Source: Gemmatales bacterium
Lineage (GTDB): Bacteria; Planctomycetota; Planctomycetia; Gemmatales; HRBIN36
Reading direction: 5' to 3'
DNA length: 64,000 bases
Assembly (NCBI GenBank): GCA_041640595.1
Contig: JBEPZY010000002.1
Location: 340,651-404,650 of the forward strand
Below the pieces are notes generated by a model. It did no database searches, was not told the DNA's origin, and was given only the letters and a program-made list of their open reading frames with translations. Below, piece by piece: positions 45,969-55,649 of the stretch. The translations under genes were made by a program, and so were the position numbers. How positions within the stretch are numbered: position 1 is the stretch's first letter; the number at the start of each line of letters is the position of its first letter.

Positions 45969-47264
45969 TTATTCTACAAGACTCAGGCTGCGTGTTCGAG
46001 CCACCTGGCTTTCCACCCAGTCCACGATTAACTCGCCGTTACCGGTGAGTACAATCTGCGAAGAGATGACCTGCGTAGCAACCAGATTGCCCGTGCCATT
46101 GCCGACAAAACGGGTTGTGCCGTGGGCGGCATAGTAGGCGCCGCGGATTTGCAAGTTGCCGTTGCCGCTCACACTGATCGCGTTGGTCGCATCCCGGCGC
46201 TGGTAGAAGACAAGCCCCTGATAAGGCCCGGTAGTCGGGGCACTGATTTCGACGCGTCCTAAGCCGGAGATGTTGATATCGTCCGCTGGCGAGCGCGGAT
46301 CGTTATAGATAAGGACATTGTTGCCGATCAGGTCTCCCTGACCGGTGCTTTGAAAGCCACCCCCTTGCAAATAATAGATGCCCGGCATCAAGGTAACGTT
46401 GACCTGGCCACTAATACTGATGCCCCCTATATAAACGCCCGGTTGCAGAGTTACATTACCGCTGCCACTTAATCGCAGAGTTTGCCGGCTGCGTATCGGA
46501 AGTGAGTTCGGATTCGGTGGCGGCAAATAAGCAAGCGGATCGGGAACCGGAGTCTGTCCGCTGGTGATATTGCCACGGAAAGCCCCGCCGCCTGTCGTCG
46601 AATAACCAGGCGTGCCACTGAAATAAAAATTCGGCGCAGTTACCGACGCATTGCCGACAGCGAGTGCCCCAGCAGAATCGCCAGAATTGACGTACACTCC
46701 GGCTCGGCGCACATCGGCCCTGGCGTTGCCAACGGCATTCAAGGTGGCTCGACCATTCGGATTGAGTACGATGAGACCGCCCTGGACAGCGCTCCAGCGA
46801 CAGCGAGCGACGGCCCTTGCGGCTACCGATAGAGCTTCCGAGCTGAATATAGAACTAAACATTCGTTGCTGCGGAGCACGGATGATCACCTCGGCATAGC
46901 CGGGTTTCCCGGCACCTAATCCAGAGCGTGGCGGAATATAGACCTCGACTGTGCAACCATTAGCCGAAGAATAACCAGCCCGCGCCGCTAAGTCTAACGC
47001 AGCCGCCCGAGCTGCGCCGCTAGCATCTAATCCTCCATACTGAGGATAGTACCTATACAATTCGACCGCGGCTGCCAGTGCCGCAGCATCAGCGGTTGCC
47101 TGCACCCGACGCCGCTGATCGAGTAAGACCCCCCCATCGGTAACAAAAGCTACCGCACCCAACACAGGTACCATCGTCACGGCGGTCAACACCGCTACTT
47201 GCGCCCGTCGCCGCCACGCTAAATTGCAAAAATAGCCGAGAATCTTATAGCCTATCCCGGCCAT
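45969..47264 (-). CDS. TadG-like pilus assembly protein with beta-helix C-terminus
   Basis: RRRAQVAVL-TM-DGG...QATADAAALAAA; start uncertain (47291 or 47264). Confidence 0.82.
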   Translation of the reverse strand: MAGIGYKILGYFCNLAWRRRAQVAVLTAVTMVPVLGAVAFVTDGGVLLDQRRRVQATADAAALAAAVELYRYYPQYGGLDASGAARAAALDLAARAGYSSANGCTVEVYIPPRSGLGAGKPGYAEVIIRAPQQRMFSSIFSSEALSVAARAVARCRWSAVQGGLIVLNPNGRATLNAVGNARADVRRAGVYVNSGDSAGALAVGNASVTAPNFYFSGTPGYSTTGGGAFRGNITSGQTPVPDPLAYLPPPNPNSLPIRSRQTLRLSGSGNVTLQPGVYIGGISISGQVNVTLMPGIYYLQGGGFQSTGQGDLIGNNVLIYNDPRSPADDINISGLGRVEISAPTTGPYQGLVFYQRRDATNAISVSGNGNLQIRGAYYAAHGTTRFVGNGTGNLVATQVISSQIVLTGNGELIVDWVESQVARTRSLSLVE

Positions 47265-47315
47265 GATTGCTCTCCGGTATAGATGTTGCATCTAATGTAG
47301 ATATAGATGGCCCAT

Positions 47316-47786
47316 CTAATAATGCATCGGGCTGACGGAAGTGCTACTGAGGGTGATGCCGCCGAGGAAAGCCTCCGGTATCCAGCGATAGCGCACCGTG
47401 ACCGTAACGGTATTGCCCACCGCTACCACTTCGTTGTTGCGCACCTCGACGCGATACGGGGCAGGGCTGGTACTCCAGGTAACCTGACACTGCAACTGAC
47501 GGGGATCCAGCCCGATAGCGCGAGGGAGAATGACCCGTTGCAGGATATCGTTAGCAGTCGGGAGTGGTTGAGCGTTTTCGCGGGCATAATCCGCTCCGTG
47601 GACGGCTGCCCATCGCGATGCCTCTCGAGCCAGAGCGGCTACCTGCAGGTAGCGGTACACACCAAAACTGCCGACGATGAGTCCCAGCAACAACAAAAAC
47701 ACAAGCGGGGCCACCAGAGCAAACTCTACTAAAGCAGCCCCTCGACGCTGCTGGTCTAAGATAATCGAAAAGCGCGCGACGCACAT
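47316..47786 (-). CDS. TadE-like pseudopilin
   Basis: RRGAALVEFALVAPLVFLLLLG...AREASR. Confidence 0.88.
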   Translation of the reverse strand: MCVARFSIILDQQRRGAALVEFALVAPLVFLLLLGLIVGSFGVYRYLQVAALAREASRWAAVHGADYARENAQPLPTANDILQRVILPRAIGLDPRQLQCQVTWSTSPAPYRVEVRNNEVVAVGNTVTVTVRYRWIPEAFLGGITLSSTSVSPMHY

Positions 47787-47801
47787 GATTGTCTGGCCTT
47801 A

Positions 47802-48239
47802 CTATTGAGGTGCCGCCGGAGCTACGGGCATACGGACCCGGCGTTGCAGAGCCACACGGTTGGGAATGCCTGGATAGTTAGCCAGTGTCTCGAAGGTCCA
47901 GGCGGCGGTAACCACTATATAAGTCCGAGCGCTGCTGTCAGTTTCGTAGCGCCACGTGATCTCCGGTGCGGGTCTGATATCGGCCGCTTCAGCTAAAGCA
48001 GCGTCGCGGATGGACGAATAAGTCAGAGCCAGCGGCGAATAAGGATCGCTACCGTAAAGAGCACCGCTTCGGGCACAGTTTACGAGAATTTGCGAATAAT
48101 AAAAAATTCTTCCGTAATCTAAGGCCACTATGAAGAGAAACATCAGCAGCGGCAGGACTAACGCTAGCTCTACCGTCGCGGTAGCCGGTCGTTGTTTTCG
48201 GCGTTTAGTGTGCATGGTTCTAGCCCTCGAGGCAAGCAT
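47802..48239 (-). CDS. TadE-like pseudopilin
   Basis: ATATVELALVLPLLMFLF...DYGRIF...ARSGA. Confidence 0.86.
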   Translation of the reverse strand: MLASRARTMHTKRRKQRPATATVELALVLPLLMFLFIVALDYGRIFYYSQILVNCARSGALYGSDPYSPLALTYSSIRDAALAEAADIRPAPEITWRYETDSSARTYIVVTAAWTFETLANYPGIPNRVALQRRVRMPVAPAAPQ

Positions 48240-48496
48240 AGCTCATTAGCGGACCGGTGTCAAATTAGGGAATACCTTTACAGTTTGCCGCGCCTGCAAA
48301 GTCAATGTAATCGTTAGAATCGCTACAACCGTAACCGGCGTTCTCGTTGCTAAGGCCTTTACACGTGATAAGGCCTTGCCAGGCGATAAATAGCGACCTA
48401 AGTTTCGACAAACTCACGCAACGAGAACCAGGCGGTAGATGAGAAAGCTTAGAAGCGCACGACCCAGCGACGCTTCAGCATGGGAGGAGAAAAGTC

Positions 48497-48700
48497 ATGC
48501 GAGGACTTAGTAGTGTCGTGCTGACAGTTATCCTGCTGGCAGGGCTGGCGGGATGCAGGAACACAGGTGGCCACACGTCGTGGTCGCGGCGAGGCGAACC
48601 GCCCGCGGTCAGCGTTCCCCCGCCGGCTTCCAGTAGCGTGCCAGTCGCCCCCACTCCGCCAGTTTCGGGAACGCTGGAACCGAATCCTTCCGGTCACTAA
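48497..48700 (+). CDS. small lipoprotein
   Basis: GGAGGAG RBS; LLAGLAGC lipobox; Pro-rich tail. Confidence 0.65.
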   Translation: MRGLSSVVLTVILLAGLAGCRNTGGHTSWSRRGEPPAVSVPPPASSSVPVAPTPPVSGTLEPNPSGH

Positions 48701-49755
48701 GGTGTCCAATCGTCGTCGGGCCGGACACTGCAACAGAATTCGCTAAGCAACGCTGCGGCGGCCTGTAGATCTGCCAGGCTGACCATTTCGACCGGGCTGT
48801 GCATGTAGCGGTTGGGGATGCCGATCAAACCGGTGGCGACGCCGTCGCGGCTGAGTTGCATGACGTTGGCATCGGTACCGGTGCCGCGGGGGTGACCGCG
48901 AAGCTGATAGGGGACACCGGCGCGTGCGGCTGCGGTTTCCAGGCGTTGGAGGACGCGAGGGTTAATGTTTGGCCCGCGCACCAGAACGGGCCCTTTCCCG
49001 AGCGCTACCTCGCCGAGTTGTTTGCGTTCGTTGCCCGGCGTATCGGTGGCATGGGTAACGTCCACAGCAATTCCGATGGCTGGATGGATACCGTAGCTGC
49101 TGGTGGTGGCGCCGCGCAGGCCGATTTCTTCCTGCACGGTGGAGACACAGAACACGGCCGCTTGCAGTTTTTGCTGCCGTAACCGACGCAGCACTTCCAT
49201 GACGACCCAGACGCCCACCTTGTCGTCCAGACCAGGAGCGGCCAGCAGATCGTTGCGCATCGGGCGGATGTCCAGGTGGACGGTGACCGGATCGCCAATC
49301 CGCACCAGTTGCTGGGCTTCCTCGCGGCTGGAAACACCAATATCGAGCCAGACCTCGTGGAACTCCGGAACCTTCTTGCGTTCCTCGGCGGTAAGTAAAT
49401 GGGGGGCTTTGCGTGACAGGACACCGGTCACGGGCCCCTGCTCAGTCCAGACGGTCAGGACCTGTCCAAGCAGAATTTGCATGTCCCAGCCGCCGATCGG
49501 TTGCACATATAAAAAGCCGCGTTCGTCTATGTGCTGCACCATCAGGCCGATCTGGTCGCAGTGACCGGCGAGCATGATGCGTGGCTGACCTTCGGGATTG
49601 CGGATAGCGATCACGTTGCCGTGACGGTCGGTGCGAACATCGTCGGCAAACTCAGCGGCCCAGCGTCGCACGATGTCCTGCACCGGACGTTCGTAGCCGC
49701 TGGGGCTGGGCGTGCGAAGGAGCTGGTCGAGCAGGTTGCGGGAAGAGTTGTCCAT
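48697..49755 (-). CDS. M42 family metallopeptidase
   Basis: SPSGYE, AGHCDQIG, LDDKVG, VQEEIGLRGA, GTDA, RYMHSPVE. Confidence 0.95.
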   Translation of the reverse strand: MDNSSRNLLDQLLRTPSPSGYERPVQDIVRRWAAEFADDVRTDRHGNVIAIRNPEGQPRIMLAGHCDQIGLMVQHIDERGFLYVQPIGGWDMQILLGQVLTVWTEQGPVTGVLSRKAPHLLTAEERKKVPEFHEVWLDIGVSSREEAQQLVRIGDPVTVHLDIRPMRNDLLAAPGLDDKVGVWVVMEVLRRLRQQKLQAAVFCVSTVQEEIGLRGATTSSYGIHPAIGIAVDVTHATDTPGNERKQLGEVALGKGPVLVRGPNINPRVLQRLETAAARAGVPYQLRGHPRGTGTDANVMQLSRDGVATGLIGIPNRYMHSPVEMVSLADLQAAAALLSEFCCSVRPDDDWTP

Positions 49756-49797
49756 GCCTGGTTTCCTCCCGAAAGCAGGGCCCGGTCGGGGTTGGGA

Positions 49798-50907
49798 TTA
49801 ACCGAATCGGCGAAAGAGTCGGCTCAGCCAGAGGCGAATCTGCCAGCCTGCCAGGTACAACAACAGCAGTCCGCCGACAATGAGCAGCGTCCAGGCACGC
49901 CAGTCGAAGCGCGACCACCAGGCAATCGGTCGGTCGGTTGGGGCGTCCTCGGCGGGCAGGGGCAGGTCGGGCAATGCCAGTGCCGGCGCGGTGGAGCGGT
50001 GCTGCTGTGCTGTTTGTAAAATCCAGGCGCGTCGCTGGCGAAACTGCTGGCCTGCCAGACGCAGGTCGCTGGCCATCTGCATCGCCTGGACCGCTGCCGA
50101 CCATTCCTGTCGTGCCGCCAGCCATTCGGCTAAAAGCCACCAGAGCTGTCCGTCAAACGGAAACCAGATGAGCAACTGCTGCAGCACTTCCCCGGCCTCC
50201 GTGGGCAGCGTCTCTGGTGAGGTGGGCGAAGTGGTGAGTGGATGCGGTGACGGATTGTCCGACGGTGGGGTTTCCCACCAGCGCACACCAAACAGGTCGT
50301 CGAGCACGGCTTCGTCGCGGGGGAGTTTGCCAAGCTGGCGCAGATGCTGCTGGGCCCGGCGTTGCACGGCCAGACGGAGATGCCATCGTTCCCAGCGCTG
50401 GGCTGGTTCCGGAGCCAGTGCGATGGTTTCCTGCAACAGAGCCAGGGCTCGGTCATATTCGCCGCTCAGCTGATAGACCGTGGCCAGGTTCGCGGTCAGA
50501 CGGTAATCACGTGGAAAACGAGCCCGGCCACGTTCCAGAACTCGCTGAGCCAGTTCGAGCGTGCTCTGGCCGTCTTTGGTTATGAGCCGCACCAGTAAAC
50601 CGCTCCAATCCACATAGTCGTCCGCCGTGAGTTCGGCTTCCGGTTTCTGGGCGAGCGTTTCTATTCGCTGACACGCCGCCTGCCGTAACCGACTGGCTGG
50701 CGTGCCGCTCAGCGGATCGGGAGGTGCGAAGGAACGCAGTTGCGGAATCACCGTGTCGAAGAACCGTGACCAGGTCGGCACGGGCTGCAATATCTCCTCG
50801 GCGACCGGACGGTGATATAACCCGGCTTGAGCGGACGGACACCAGAGGAGCCAAAAGGCCACGGTTATCGCAACCAGTGCCAATGGCCGGGCGATCCGAA
50901 CTGGCAT
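49798..50907 (-). CDS. exported TPR protein with C-terminal TM helix
   Basis: Signal peptide ending AQA; NLATVYQLSGEYDRALALL TPR; C-terminal hydrophobic helix. Confidence 0.75.
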   Translation of the reverse strand: MPVRIARPLALVAITVAFWLLWCPSAQAGLYHRPVAEEILQPVPTWSRFFDTVIPQLRSFAPPDPLSGTPASRLRQAACQRIETLAQKPEAELTADDYVDWSGLLVRLITKDGQSTLELAQRVLERGRARFPRDYRLTANLATVYQLSGEYDRALALLQETIALAPEPAQRWERWHLRLAVQRRAQQHLRQLGKLPRDEAVLDDLFGVRWWETPPSDNPSPHPLTTSPTSPETLPTEAGEVLQQLLIWFPFDGQLWWLLAEWLAARQEWSAAVQAMQMASDLRLAGQQFRQRRAWILQTAQQHRSTAPALALPDLPLPAEDAPTDRPIAWWSRFDWRAWTLLIVGGLLLLYLAGWQIRLWLSRLFRRFG

Positions 50908-51278
50908 GGATGGCGGATCGGAGGGCAGACAGGTTACGTTTACGGTTGCAGGTGGGGCGATTTTTCGCCGCGAGCGGATCGGCATGAGGAACCGGCTCGG
51001 GCGGGATACCCTCTCCTGCGGACCGCTTACCAGAAGCGAGCCTGGCGACGGTGGTGGTTCCCATCTGCGTGGGGGACGTCTGAGGAAAGAACTGCCGGTC
51101 ATCTCGTGTGGGCTGTGCTTGAGGTCTGGGGCGTAAGACTCGGCGTTTTATCGCATTGAATTTGCACGGAGGCAAGTTAGCATCGTGTATCGGTCGTGAT
51201 AGGCGCCGTGCGGGTCAGCGTAGCCGCGTGGGAGTTGGGAGCCAGGGATCGAAGCGGCAGACATCGGCAAAAAGCGCG

Positions 51279-52145
51279 TCAATATAAAAGCGAGGCGAGT
51301 CGGCTGCGGTAGGTGTTGGCGAGGTCGCTGTCGTCGCCGAGTATGTGGAAGATACGCACCATGGTTTCGCGCACCTGGGATTGGGCGAGTTGCGGATTCA
51401 ATTCCCCGGCCCGAAGCAAACTTTGCAGGGCTTCCTCAAATCGGCCAGCAGCGGCCAGGCACACGCCCAGTCGGTAATGAGCCTGGGCGTCGTTGGGGTG
51501 TTCCTGAACATCCGCGAGACAGCGAGCCAGACCGCCGGCCGACTCGGCTTGTTCCCGAAATTGTGCCCGCGCCTGGACGTTGGCTGCCTCTTGAAAGTAC
51601 GTGCTGGCTTCGGTGACGCGCTGGGCTTCCGGAAGCGCTTCCTCCCATCGCCCCAATTCCGCCAGCGCGAGGGCCCGCAAGGCTGCTACGTCTTCGTTAT
51701 CCGGTTGCGTCTGGCGGAGCTTGTCGAGTTGCTGCAACGCATCGTGCGGATTGGTGCGGAGCAGTTCGCGCAACCGCGCCAGCTGCGTCTCGGTCTGGCT
51801 CGGTACCAGGGCATCCAGGAACTGGCGTAGCTGTTGCTCCGGCAACGCTCCATGAAACCGACCGACTAAATGACCGTCCTTGAACGCCATCACCGTCGGC
51901 ACCACTTCGACGGCCAGGCTCATCGCCAGGTAAGGGTTCTGGTCTATGTCCACCTTGACGAGGATAAATCGCCCGCCGTATTCACGAGCCAGTCGTTCCA
52001 GGACGGGCCCGAGTTGTCGGCAGGGGCCACACCAGGTCGCATAAAAATCCACTACGACGGGTGCCCGTTTCGACTGTTCGAGCACCACGCGCTCAAACTC
52101 GCGTTCGCCAATTTCAACGATCCACGGGACATTTTCCTGCGTCAT
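51279..52145 (-). CDS. thioredoxin-TPR chaperedoxin (CnoX/YbbN-like)
   Basis: VVVDFYATWCGPCRQLGP; TPR region; C-terminal YRSRLASLLY. Confidence 0.92.
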   Translation of the reverse strand: MTQENVPWIVEIGEREFERVVLEQSKRAPVVVDFYATWCGPCRQLGPVLERLAREYGGRFILVKVDIDQNPYLAMSLAVEVVPTVMAFKDGHLVGRFHGALPEQQLRQFLDALVPSQTETQLARLRELLRTNPHDALQQLDKLRQTQPDNEDVAALRALALAELGRWEEALPEAQRVTEASTYFQEAANVQARAQFREQAESAGGLARCLADVQEHPNDAQAHYRLGVCLAAAGRFEEALQSLLRAGELNPQLAQSQVRETMVRIFHILGDDSDLANTYRSRLASLLY

Positions 52146-52366
52146 GCCGAAGCCTTCCTTTTTGTTAGTTATAGCGGGGAGCAGTTGTCCGGCTAGCGCC
52201 AAATAGAACCGGAGTGATCCCGGTTGCTTGTCGAAGCAAGCCCGGAAAATGGTTCTGTGCCGGCCTGTCAGCCTCGGTGGATTGAGCGAGCCTACGGCGA
52301 AGACTTATTTCCGCTCCAGGTATCCGCGATGTGTCCACCATTACCGGCAAGGCACAGCCAGGCCGA

Positions 52367-53383
52367 TCAGGCCGACGTCAGCAACCAGCGGGCCAGCGAG
52401 AAGTAGGCGTACAGTGTCGCGATATCGGTCAGGGTCAGCACCAATGGGCCGGCAGCCACGCGCGGATCGAGACGGAGCAAGCGAAGCAGTGCCGGTGCCG
52501 CTACGCCGAGACTCGCCGCTGCTGTAACCCCCAAACTGATGCCGCCCAAAACACTCAGCGCGATTCGACTTTCGCCCGGCCAGAACCAGGCCACGCCTCC
52601 GACCGCGAGCCCGGCAGCCAGGCCGAGCAGCAGACCGGTCTGCACTTCCTGCCACAAACGCTGGTGCAGGGTTTGCCAGCTAATCCGTTCAACGTGGAGC
52701 AATTGCAGCATCAAGCTCACCGACTGAACGGAAACCGCTTCCGCCAGGGAAAGCACCACCGGAATAAATAAGGCCAGGGCGACGGCGCGGCTCAATTCCG
52801 ACTCGAACAGGCCCGATAGCACCGCTGCTATCAGTCCCCCGACGATGTTGCAGGTCAGCCAGGGGAAGCGGGCCCGGAAAGCCCGGGTTGGTTGCGTTTG
52901 CCGCGCCGCCTCCAGGTGCACACCGATAAGCTGGAACAGGTCGTCCCAGCGTTGTTCCAGGCCGGCTCGTTCCTCGGAGTACAGTTCGATGTCCACCACC
53001 CCGAGCATCCGGCCGGTTTCGTCCACTACCGGAAATGCCAGGTAGCGATGCAGCACGAAGAATTCGCAAGCATCCAGCAGCGTCGCCTCGGCCGGGATGG
53101 TGATGACGTTGGTCACCATGATTTCTCGAATTCGGCGATCCGGTGGACTCAGAAGCAGCCGTCGTGTCGGTACTACACCGAGAAGCCGGCCGGAATCGTC
53201 CAGCACGTACAGATAGATGATCCGGCTTTGCAGCTTTTGCGAACGCAGCGATTCGATAGCCTCGGCGACGGTCTGATCCGCACGCAACACGGCAAAATCC
53301 TGGCGCATGTAACGGGTCACCGGCTCGTCCAGCCGGGCACGACACAGATGCAGTGGTTCCGAAGCAGCATGGTCGTTGTTCAT
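52367..53383 (-). CDS. mgtE: MgtE family magnesium transporter (CBS pair plus membrane domain)
   Basis: YLYVLD..GRLLGVV, AFPVVD, RFPWL, FIPVV, DPRVAAGPLVLTLTD. Confidence 0.88.
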   Translation of the reverse strand: MNNDHAASEPLHLCRARLDEPVTRYMRQDFAVLRADQTVAEAIESLRSQKLQSRIIYLYVLDDSGRLLGVVPTRRLLLSPPDRRIREIMVTNVITIPAEATLLDACEFFVLHRYLAFPVVDETGRMLGVVDIELYSEERAGLEQRWDDLFQLIGVHLEAARQTQPTRAFRARFPWLTCNIVGGLIAAVLSGLFESELSRAVALALFIPVVLSLAEAVSVQSVSLMLQLLHVERISWQTLHQRLWQEVQTGLLLGLAAGLAVGGVAWFWPGESRIALSVLGGISLGVTAAASLGVAAPALLRLLRLDPRVAAGPLVLTLTDIATLYAYFSLARWLLTSA

Positions 53384-53636
53384 CGAGAAAGCTCCTTGCA
53401 AAGTCGCAGGCATCATAAGCAACAGACCCGGCAAAAATCTACAGCGTCTGTCCAACCACTCTCGCCGCCGGCTCCGCTTGCGATAGTGCCGGGAATCAGC
53501 CCCATGCGAGATTTTCCGCTCTTAACGCCATCAACCGTAGGCGCACACCTGGCTTTGGACTTATTGAGCCGTCATATGAACGGGAACAGGCGAGAGCTGG
53601 ATGGGCTAATGCAACGTGCCGGAATCAGCACGCACA

Positions 53637-54380
53637 CTATCGCTGAGCTTCGCGAGTGAGCCTCTCCCATAGCTCGGGTTCGCTCTTCCTTCTCAGCTCC
53701 CAACGGTACGAATCGAGCCAGGAGAGCAAAAGAATACCGGCAACCCTAAACTGCCCATCCTCGTCTTTAGTTGCATCAATCGTGTAGTTGACGGCAAGTT
53801 TATAGTCCAGAATCGCGTAAGCACCGCGGCGAAACTCATAACCCGGTATCTGGGGCTGTGCACCTACTGTTTTCCACTCCTCGCGAAGAAGTTTCAATAA
53901 TCGCTGCGGACTTTTCTGGTTGATGATACCCAGTCGGCGGAATTCCGCTCGCAAATAAAGTTCCAGTTCTCGCAAGTCCTTGGCCGGATAAAGCCGAGTT
54001 ATAAAGACGAGAAAGACCTTTTCCGCGTCTTTACGCCCCCCAGCACGCACATGAACTACGCCCTCAGGTTCGAAACGCCAAACCCATTCTTTCCTGCTCG
54101 GCGCAGTAACTCGCATTACATACTCTGGTCGAGGCTGTTTTGGCAACTTGTCATCAAATTCGTCGTACACGTAATCGTACTCGTACAAGCGTATGCCCTC
54201 TTCGTCCTCATCCACAAGTGTCCACGGAATGCCGCTACTAGCTCGAAGAGGTTGACCAATACCGACCACGATATGACGTATAGGTCGTCGTGCAGGGTCC
54301 GGCTGGTCATCTGCTGAGACAGCAAAGTGCGAAATTTGCTGAAGTCCCTGGGCAAGCACTAACACTATCACCGTAAGCAT
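53637..54380 (-). CDS. hypothetical protein, putative exported immunity/partner
   Basis: 247-aa ORF; AAGGGGG RBS; hydrophobic N-terminus. Confidence 0.68.
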   Translation of the reverse strand: MLTVIVLVLAQGLQQISHFAVSADDQPDPARRPIRHIVVGIGQPLRASSGIPWTLVDEDEEGIRLYEYDYVYDEFDDKLPKQPRPEYVMRVTAPSRKEWVWRFEPEGVVHVRAGGRKDAEKVFLVFITRLYPAKDLRELELYLRAEFRRLGIINQKSPQRLLKLLREEWKTVGAQPQIPGYEFRRGAYAILDYKLAVNYTIDATKDEDGQFRVAGILLLSWLDSYRWELRRKSEPELWERLTREAQR

Positions 54381-54564
54381 AACTAACCCCCTTTATCCAG
54401 CGGGCAAGTTACGGTTTTGTATAATCCGCCTGAGCAGGGTGTTTGGCATCTTGTAAAAAGAAAGTGCTCTGATCTCTTCCTTGACCAAGTTCGGTTCGTT
54501 CTTCCAAAGTTTACGGGGCCATGATTCTTCTCCACGAAAATGTGTATCGCATCCAGCAATGTGC

Positions 54565-55080
54565 TTACTTCGGAATTCTGGTGGCAATTACGTAACAAAC
54601 AGGTGGCGAGCCCTTGTCCCAGTTGAACGTAAAATTCTTGGGTGTTTCACGGACTGCAAGCTTGCCTTGCGGATAAAAAGCGATCACCAGCTTATCTTCA
54701 ACAAACTTATAAATGGCCTTTAAATAAACCTTCTCCTTATCCCGCAACTCCAACCGCGCTGGCTTCTCTTCGGGATAAGAACTCCAGATTAGTTCCTTTT
54801 CCACCCGTTTCGCAGCATAGTGTCCGCACAGGAAAAAAGTACCGTCTTTTTTGAACGTACAAAAGCCTACTCCAAAAACTAAATAATCTGGGTCCAGTTT
54901 GTCCTCTGGGCAGCAGTTGACCACGCTGTCTCTGAACCACCAACTACCAATGAGGTGTTCATCTAGCATTGGTTTGCTTATCCTGTCTTCTCCTGGCAGC
55001 ACGCTACAGGCGATTACGACCATTAAAAAGCTTGTCACAAGGCTCCCCACTAGCGATACACGTCCAAGACGGATTAACAT
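54565..55080 (-). CDS. TIGR03067-like exported/lipoprotein, putative immunity
   Basis: Signal with VIAC; LIGSW...TFKKDG...KPARLEL...KAIYKFVEDKLVIAF...PKNF; AAGGAG RBS. Confidence 0.68.
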   Translation of the reverse strand: MLIRLGRVSLVGSLVTSFLMVVIACSVLPGEDRISKPMLDEHLIGSWWFRDSVVNCCPEDKLDPDYLVFGVGFCTFKKDGTFFLCGHYAAKRVEKELIWSSYPEEKPARLELRDKEKVYLKAIYKFVEDKLVIAFYPQGKLAVRETPKNFTFNWDKGSPPVCYVIATRIPK

Positions 55081-55118
55081 TGGAAGTCTCCTTATCCAGG
55101 TCTGAGTGTGCTTATTGC

Positions 55119-55646
55119 CTATTGCTTACCACCCTCGCCAGGGACGCGGCGATAAATCACAATTTCCGGCTGACCCATGCGAATATAGTCGTCAATATCT
55201 TTAGGAAAGTCTGAGGGGCGTTTATCTTCTGGTTTGTTCAAGACTTTTTCCCACAGGTAGCAGTTATCCAGGAAACACAGAAGTTCCACAACTTCTTTTC
55301 GTCTATCGTTTTTCACCTCCAGTAAGAGGTAGAACTTCTGCTCGCCTAACTCCTTGATGGAGTATTTACCGGTTTGGTTGAAAAAGGCAGGATCCGAGGT
55401 CTTGCATGTAAAGGTGCCATCCTTTCTCAGAATCAGCCAGGCTTCCACCTTTTGGGGTGTGTACGGCACGCCTCCGGAGAACACAGCCGCATCGAAAAGC
55501 ACCCGCTCCGCCCGCCAAGTGCCGATAACCTCGTTCCGAGGCTCGGCCTCTACCCACAGTATGCCCAGTAGCCCTAGCATCGCTACCAAAGATGGTCTAA
55601 TCAGGAGTCCAAATGTAGCGGCGCGATTGGCGTACATGCTTTCCAC
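55119..55646 (-). CDS. lipocalin/TIGR03067-like exported protein, putative immunity
   Basis: Hydrophobic N-terminus; VIGTW...LRKDGTF...GKYSI...KRPSDF; starts 4 bp after the upstream stop. Confidence 0.62.
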   Translation of the reverse strand: MESMYANRAATFGLLIRPSLVAMLGLLGILWVEAEPRNEVIGTWRAERVLFDAAVFSGGVPYTPQKVEAWLILRKDGTFTCKTSDPAFFNQTGKYSIKELGEQKFYLLLEVKNDRRKEVVELLCFLDNCYLWEKVLNKPEDKRPSDFPKDIDDYIRMGQPEIVIYRRVPGEGGKQ

Positions 55647-55649
55647 CTT

